NCBI GenBank assembly: GCA_965207885.1
Contig: OZ242311.1
Span: 4,000,001 to 4,064,000, forward strand
Origin: Candidatus Latescibacterota bacterium
Lineage (GTDB): Bacteria > Latescibacterota > UBA2968
Direction of reading: 5' to 3'
Length of the DNA stretch: 64,000 bases
How positions within the stretch are numbered: position 1 is the first letter of the stretch; each line of letters begins with the position of its first letter. The notes beneath the pieces are model-generated. The model was not told the DNA's origin. It searched no databases and saw only the letters and a program-made list of their open reading frames with translations. This document shows positions 58,749-64,000 of the stretch, piece after piece. The translations under genes and the position numbers were made by a program.

Positions 58749-60335
58749 ATGCGTGATCGAGCAGTAATCGGAGTCGATGTGGGCACAGGCAGCGTGCGGG
58801 CAGGCGTATTTGACTTAGACGGCACCATGTTGGGCACAGCATCGTCACCCATCCTGGAATTTAATCCCAAACCCGATTTTTACGAACAATCCTCGGAGAA
58901 TATCTGGGCAGAAACCGGAAAAGTCGTTCGCCAGGCCATCGCTCAATCTGGCCTCTCGCCCGATGCAATAATCGGCATGAGTTTTGACGCAACCTGTTCT
59001 CTCGTCGTCCTGGATGCTGCTGGACAGCCCCTGACCGTATCTGAAACGGGCGAAACCGAGCGCAACATCATCGTGTGGCGCGATCATCGCGCAATAAACC
59101 AGGTAAATCGCATCAATGCGGGTGGATATGATGTGTTGCAATACGTCGGGGGCACGATGTCGCCCGAGCAAGAACCGCCAAAACTATTGTGGATCAAAGA
59201 AAACCTGCCCGAAACATGGCAAAAAGCGGGCAAATTTTTTGACCTGGCGGATTTTATGGTCTATAAAGCAACGGGAGCCGACCGCCGCAGTTTGTGTACC
59301 AACGTGTGCAAATGGACCTATCTGGGCCATGAATCGCGCTGGGATCGCAACTTCTTTGACGCCATTGGTCTGGGCGATTTATTCGACGGCGGAAAAGTGA
59401 CAGAAGATGTCGCACCCATGGGCGAAAACTCGGGCACACTGAGTGCAGAAGCCGCCGATTTGATGGGATTGACAAGGCAAACCGCCGTAGGGGTAGGCAT
59501 TATCGATGCACATGCAGGGGGCATTGGCGTTGGGGTCAGCGAACCGATTTTGGCATTGATCGGCGGCACCTCGTCGTGCCACATGGCAGTATCAAAAGAC
59601 GCGCGATTTATCCCCGGCGTGTGGGGACCTTACTTCGGAGCGATGCTACCGGGTTTGTGGCTCAGCGAAGGCGGACAGAGTGCAACGGGCGCGTTATTGG
59701 ACCACACCATCGAGCGATTTGGCATGGTCAAAGAAGAAGATCACTACTGGCATGTACTCACCGGAAAAGAAATCAATGCCGTGTACGCAGAACTCAACGC
59801 GTACATCGCCGCAAAAGGCGTGCGCTCTGATTGGACAGAACGGCTGCATATTTTGCCCGACCACCACGGCAACCGCTCTCCCAAAGCCGACCCCAACGCA
59901 CGGGGAATGATGGATGGCTTGACCCTGGATATGTCCTACAATACACTGGCGCAAATTTATCACGCAACCATCCAGGCAGTAGCTTATGGCACGCGCAATA
60001 TCATCGACGAAATGGAAAAACAAGGCTACGCAATCGAGCAGATCAATGCGTGTGGGGGCGGCACAAAAAACGAACTGTGGATACGCGAACACGCCGACGC
60101 CACACAGCGTCCCATTCATCTACCCAAAGAACCCGAAGCCGTACTGTTGGGATCAGCAATCCTCGGTGCCGTCGCCGCAGGTGCCTATGCATCAATTCAG
60201 GAAGCGATGGGCGCAATGTGTCACGCGGGCGAAGTCATCGAACCCAATCGAGACACCGCAGATTATCACGCCTGGAAATACGAACAACAATTGACCATGT
60301 ACGACCAGCATGTGAACCGACGCAACATCGACTAA
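58749..60335 (+). CDS. FGGY family pentulose (D-ribulokinase-like) kinase
   Basis: GVDVGTGSVRAG, FDATCSL, IDAHAG, GVWGPY, EGGQSATG and GNRSP. Confidence 0.9.
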   Translation: MRDRAVIGVDVGTGSVRAGVFDLDGTMLGTASSPILEFNPKPDFYEQSSENIWAETGKVVRQAIAQSGLSPDAIIGMSFDATCSLVVLDAAGQPLTVSETGETERNIIVWRDHRAINQVNRINAGGYDVLQYVGGTMSPEQEPPKLLWIKENLPETWQKAGKFFDLADFMVYKATGADRRSLCTNVCKWTYLGHESRWDRNFFDAIGLGDLFDGGKVTEDVAPMGENSGTLSAEAADLMGLTRQTAVGVGIIDAHAGGIGVGVSEPILALIGGTSSCHMAVSKDARFIPGVWGPYFGAMLPGLWLSEGGQSATGALLDHTIERFGMVKEEDHYWHVLTGKEINAVYAELNAYIAAKGVRSDWTERLHILPDHHGNRSPKADPNARGMMDGLTLDMSYNTLAQIYHATIQAVAYGTRNIIDEMEKQGYAIEQINACGGGTKNELWIREHADATQRPIHLPKEPEAVLLGSAILGAVAAGAYASIQEAMGAMCHAGEVIEPNRDTADYHAWKYEQQLTMYDQHVNRRNID

Positions 60336-60410
60336 TCAGAAATTCGGTTGTGTTTCGCGCGATATCACATTAGCATGGAATTGTTAATTATCAACTGAAG
60401 GAGATAAACC

Positions 60411-61244
60411 GTGAAAATCGGATACGGCACTTATGCAATGCAAACGGAAAATATCTTCGACGCGCTTCCTCGCCTGCGCGACATAGGTTACGAAGCCCTC
60501 GAAATCAACACAGGTGACGACTGGCCCACTGCCCCGCACAAACTCGACACCGCTACCCGCGAAACACTCGCCAAAACCATCCAGGACCTCGGCTTTGAAT
60601 CCCCCGTCACCATGGCCTTGATGCCCATCTGCACACAGGGTGATAGCCGTCCCGCCATCCTCGAAAAATTTGACGACGCCTGTATCCTCGCCAGTGACCT
60701 CGCCTTCGGTGATAGCCCCGGCATCATCGTCAGCACACTCGGCGGACTGCACGGCACATGGGACGAAGTCAAACACACCTATTGCGATCAACTCATCGAA
60801 TTGGGCGACCGCGCCGCCAAACACAACGTCATCCTCGCAACCGAACCCCATGCGGGCCACCCACTCGACACACCCCAAAAAGTCGATTGGCTCATGCGCC
60901 AAACCAATCACGACAACGTCAAAGTCAATTTCGACATGAGCCACTTTTACGTTGACGGTATCGACCTCCAGCCGAGCGTTGACCTGTGCGCCCCCTATAC
61001 CGTCTCCACCCACATCAAAGACGGTCATCGCGTCAACGGACAGGTGCGCTATCTCCTACCCGGCGAAGGCGACTTCGACCTCGTCGCCTACTTTAAAGCC
61101 GTCGCAGCCGCAGGCATCACCGTCCCAATCACCGTCGAAGTCACCGCGCAAATCTGGAGACAACCCGAATACGACCCCTGGCCCATCGCCGAACAATGCT
61201 TCAGTGCACTCGACAACGCGCGCACAGAAGCAGGTGTTACATAG
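60411..61244 (+). CDS. Sugar phosphate isomerase/epimerase
   Basis: EPH, NFDMSH, HIKD, PGEGDFD and TVE. Confidence 0.88.
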   Translation: MKIGYGTYAMQTENIFDALPRLRDIGYEALEINTGDDWPTAPHKLDTATRETLAKTIQDLGFESPVTMALMPICTQGDSRPAILEKFDDACILASDLAFGDSPGIIVSTLGGLHGTWDEVKHTYCDQLIELGDRAAKHNVILATEPHAGHPLDTPQKVDWLMRQTNHDNVKVNFDMSHFYVDGIDLQPSVDLCAPYTVSTHIKDGHRVNGQVRYLLPGEGDFDLVAYFKAVAAAGITVPITVEVTAQIWRQPEYDPWPIAEQCFSALDNARTEAGVT

Positions 61245-61263
61245 ATAAATCAAAAATTCAATC

Positions 61264-62685
61264 ATGCCCTACAACATCCTCCTCATCCTGACCGATCAAC
61301 AGCGCTGGGACTCACTCGGTTGTTGCGGTGTAAGCGGCGTACACACCCCCAACCTCGACCGCCTTGCCCGTGAAGGCACGCGCTACGACCAGTGCTATGT
61401 CAACAACCCGATATGCACGCCCAGTCGCGCCAGTCTCTGGACCGGTAAACACCTCCCCGGTCACGGCGTCTATCGCCTGCACGATGTTCTACCCCAGGAT
61501 GAAATCCTCTTTCCCCATCACCTGCGCGAAGCCGGATACGACACCGCGCTCTTTGGCAAACTCCACGTTGCCGGTCACATGTGGGAAATGCAATACCGCC
61601 ACCGTTTCGACGGCTTCAACACCTATGAATGGGCACCCGATCCCAATGGGTATCGGGGATGCGACACCGCGTACTTCCGCTGGCTTGCAGTACACCATCC
61701 CGACATTCTCCAGCGCTGGAAACGCGACGGCAACAGCATTGGCCATGTACGCGCCGAAGCCCACTTCACCACCTGGGCAACCGACCGCACCATCGACTAT
61801 CTCCATCGCATGCAGGGCACACACCAGCCCTTCTTCTGTTGCATGAGCGTCTTTGATCCGCACAGTCCCTATACGAATTATCCCAAAGAATACGCCGACT
61901 ACCTCGACATCGATGCCCTGCCCGAACCCTTTGCCGTAGATGAATCCTTTGACCATCGTCCAATTGCACACAGGCGAGAGCACAACGGGCGATCTTTCCC
62001 CTCAACGGACACCCTGCGCGAAAGCCGCATCGGCTACCACGCGGCCATCACCCTCATCGACGAACAAATCGGGCGCGTCTTACAAACACTCAACGATACA
62101 AATTTTGCGGACAACACCATCGTCATCTTTGCCAGCGACCACGGCGACATGCTCGGCGACCACGGCCTCACCGTCAAAGGCGCATACATGTACGACGCCT
62201 GCACCCGGGTGCCCATGATCATCCGCGCACCAAACACATCCGGCGGTCAAGTCATCGACTCGCCCTGCCAACTCCACGACATTGCCGCAACCGCACTCGC
62301 CGTCGCCGGATGCGAACAAACCGACCTCATGCCCGATGCGTGCGACCTCCTGGACACCAACGCCTTGCAACAACGCGGCCATGCCGTCTGCATACACCGC
62401 AACTCGAGCACCACGCGCGGGGGTTATCACAACCCGGAATTGCACATCACCATGTGGCGAGAAAACCGCTACAAACTCAGCATCTACCACGCGCCACAAC
62501 CCGGACCCGACGATTGCCCCGGCGAACTCTTTGACATGGAAACAGACCCCGACGAAATGAACAACCTCTGGTTCGACGCCGACATGTCCGACACGCGCGA
62601 CCAACTCATCCACAAACTCACGACTTTTCTCGTGCAACAAGATGCACAGGGACGCGCGAGAGGTAGCGAAGCCCTGCCACCGTGA
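61264..62685 (+). CDS. Cys-type (FGly) sulfatase
   Basis: TDQQR, CTPSRASLWTG, GKLH, DPH and SDHGD. Confidence 0.92.
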   Translation: MPYNILLILTDQQRWDSLGCCGVSGVHTPNLDRLAREGTRYDQCYVNNPICTPSRASLWTGKHLPGHGVYRLHDVLPQDEILFPHHLREAGYDTALFGKLHVAGHMWEMQYRHRFDGFNTYEWAPDPNGYRGCDTAYFRWLAVHHPDILQRWKRDGNSIGHVRAEAHFTTWATDRTIDYLHRMQGTHQPFFCCMSVFDPHSPYTNYPKEYADYLDIDALPEPFAVDESFDHRPIAHRREHNGRSFPSTDTLRESRIGYHAAITLIDEQIGRVLQTLNDTNFADNTIVIFASDHGDMLGDHGLTVKGAYMYDACTRVPMIIRAPNTSGGQVIDSPCQLHDIAATALAVAGCEQTDLMPDACDLLDTNALQQRGHAVCIHRNSSTTRGGYHNPELHITMWRENRYKLSIYHAPQPGPDDCPGELFDMETDPDEMNNLWFDADMSDTRDQLIHKLTTFLVQQDAQGRARGSEALPP

Positions 62686-62702
62686 TTTTGGAAAGATAGA
62701 TC

Positions 62703-63869
62703 ATGACAAAAACCATTATCATGCCCAAATACGGGCTTCAGCAAGACAATGGCACCGTCGTTGAATGGCGCGTCAAAGAAGGCGACCATGTCAACAAGGG
62801 CGACATCCTCCTCGACCTGGAAACAGACAAAGCCCTCTTTGAATACGAATCGCCCGAAAGCGGTTACGTCCGCAAACTCATCGCCCAAAACGGCGAAGAA
62901 GTGCCAGTGCTCTCTGTCATTGCCATCATCACCGACGAAGCCGACGAAACCATTGAAAATTTAACACCTGCCATCACTGACTCCCCCACAGAGGAACCGC
63001 GCCAGATAACGGACGACACCGCAGAGCGAGAACCCGCTCTGGAAGCCTCTACCCAGCGCATCAAAAGATCTCCTGCCGCCCATCGCCGCGCCCGCGAACT
63101 CAACATTGACCTCGCCAACATCGCAGGCACGGGTCCCGGTGGTCGCATCGTACTCGCCGATGTCGAACTCGCAGCATCTGCGGCACCATCCTCCACCACA
63201 CTATCGCGCATGCGCCAGGCCATTGGCAGAACCATGGCCTATAGCAAAAGCACCATTCCGCACTTCTACGTTGCCACTGAAATAGACATGACCGACGCGG
63301 AAACCTGGCGCAAAAACCTCGCAGAAACCGACGCCATCAAGCTCTCTGTCACCGACCTCTTTGTCAAGGCCGCCGCCGATGCCCTCACCCAATACCCGGC
63401 GCTCAACGCCAGCCTTGACGGAGATACCGCCGTTATCGTACACGACACAGTCGATATCGGCCTTGCCGTTGGCACCGACGACGGCCTCGTCGTCCCGGTC
63501 ATCCCAAATGCCGATCGGGCATTCCTGACCGACCTCGCCGACGAACGCGGCCAGCGCGTCGAAGAAGCCAGGCAGGGCAGATTGCGCGGCGATGCCAGTG
63601 CCACCTTCACCATCTCAAATCTGGGAATGTATGGCATCACATCCTTCACTGCCATTGTCAATCCCCCCGAAGCCGCCATCTTAGCTGTCGGCGCAGCCAT
63701 CGCGCGCGTTGTCCCCATCGGCGATACCATGACCATCGCCGTTCGCCAAATCGCAGAAGTCACACTCTCCGCCGACCACCGCCTCGTCGATGGCGTGGTC
63801 GCGGCTCAATTTTTACAGGCACTAAAACAAAACCTGGAAGACACGAACAAATTGGAAAGCTGGTTGTGA
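62703..63869 (+). CDS. 2-oxoacid/acetoin dehydrogenase E2 (dihydrolipoamide acyltransferase)
   Basis: Lipoyl ETDKA, E3-binding GTGPGGRI, TFTISNLG and DHRLVDG. Confidence 0.93.
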   Translation: MTKTIIMPKYGLQQDNGTVVEWRVKEGDHVNKGDILLDLETDKALFEYESPESGYVRKLIAQNGEEVPVLSVIAIITDEADETIENLTPAITDSPTEEPRQITDDTAEREPALEASTQRIKRSPAAHRRARELNIDLANIAGTGPGGRIVLADVELAASAAPSSTTLSRMRQAIGRTMAYSKSTIPHFYVATEIDMTDAETWRKNLAETDAIKLSVTDLFVKAAADALTQYPALNASLDGDTAVIVHDTVDIGLAVGTDDGLVVPVIPNADRAFLTDLADERGQRVEEARQGRLRGDASATFTISNLGMYGITSFTAIVNPPEAAILAVGAAIARVVPIGDTMTIAVRQIAEVTLSADHRLVDGVVAAQFLQALKQNLEDTNKLESWL

Positions 63870-63881
63870 AAAGGAGCCTTT

Positions 63882-64000
63882 ATGTCCCTACCCTCTGAAA
63901 TCCTGATCAAAATGTACCGCGCCATGCTCCGCATCCGCCGTTTTGAAGAACAAATCTGGGAAGTCTATACCGGCGGACTCATGCACGGACTGGCGCACCT
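63882..64000 (+). CDS. TPP-dependent dehydrogenase E1 alpha subunit, 3'-partial
   Basis: AGGAG RBS. Translates MSLPSEILIKMYRAMLRIRRFEEQIWEVYTGGLMHGLAH. Confidence 0.85.
   Translation, partial: MSLPSEILIKMYRAMLRIRRFEEQIWEVYTGGLMHGLAH

Overview
Bacterial chromosomal segment of about 50 genes at roughly 50% GC (by eye). The gene families (DUF6785-type membrane proteins, GWxTD protein, T9SS/FlgD-type C-terminal domains, PorV-like barrel, dockerin-like tail, sulfatases, PhyH) suggest an FCB-group lineage such as Latescibacterota; this is inference only. Most of the window is carbohydrate, peptide and envelope genes. It also holds tRNA-Thr(CGT), an IS5 element and an IS4 element. Main points: (1) A type I restriction-modification locus at about 32.2-41.1 kb has hsdM and hsdS but no hsdR in the window. 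It carries candidate defence genes: a TIR protein with an unrecognised C-terminal domain, an RxxxxH HEPN-like DUF4209 protein coupled to hsdS, an orphan RHH antitoxin and an IS-truncated DUF2806 gene. (2) A three-gene cassette at 24.0-30.9 kb (TonB-dependent transporter, CTD-bearing secreted protein, PorV-like barrel) may be a SusCD-analogous uptake unit. (3) The IS5 sits 4 bp downstream of a consensus sigma54 promoter and separates it from a TonB/lipoprotein operon. (4) An ECF sigma module has no visible anti-sigma factor and includes a helical-repeat exported protein. No CRISPR array, rRNA, integrase or reverse transcriptase was seen. All family calls come from motif recognition by eye; no database searches were run.
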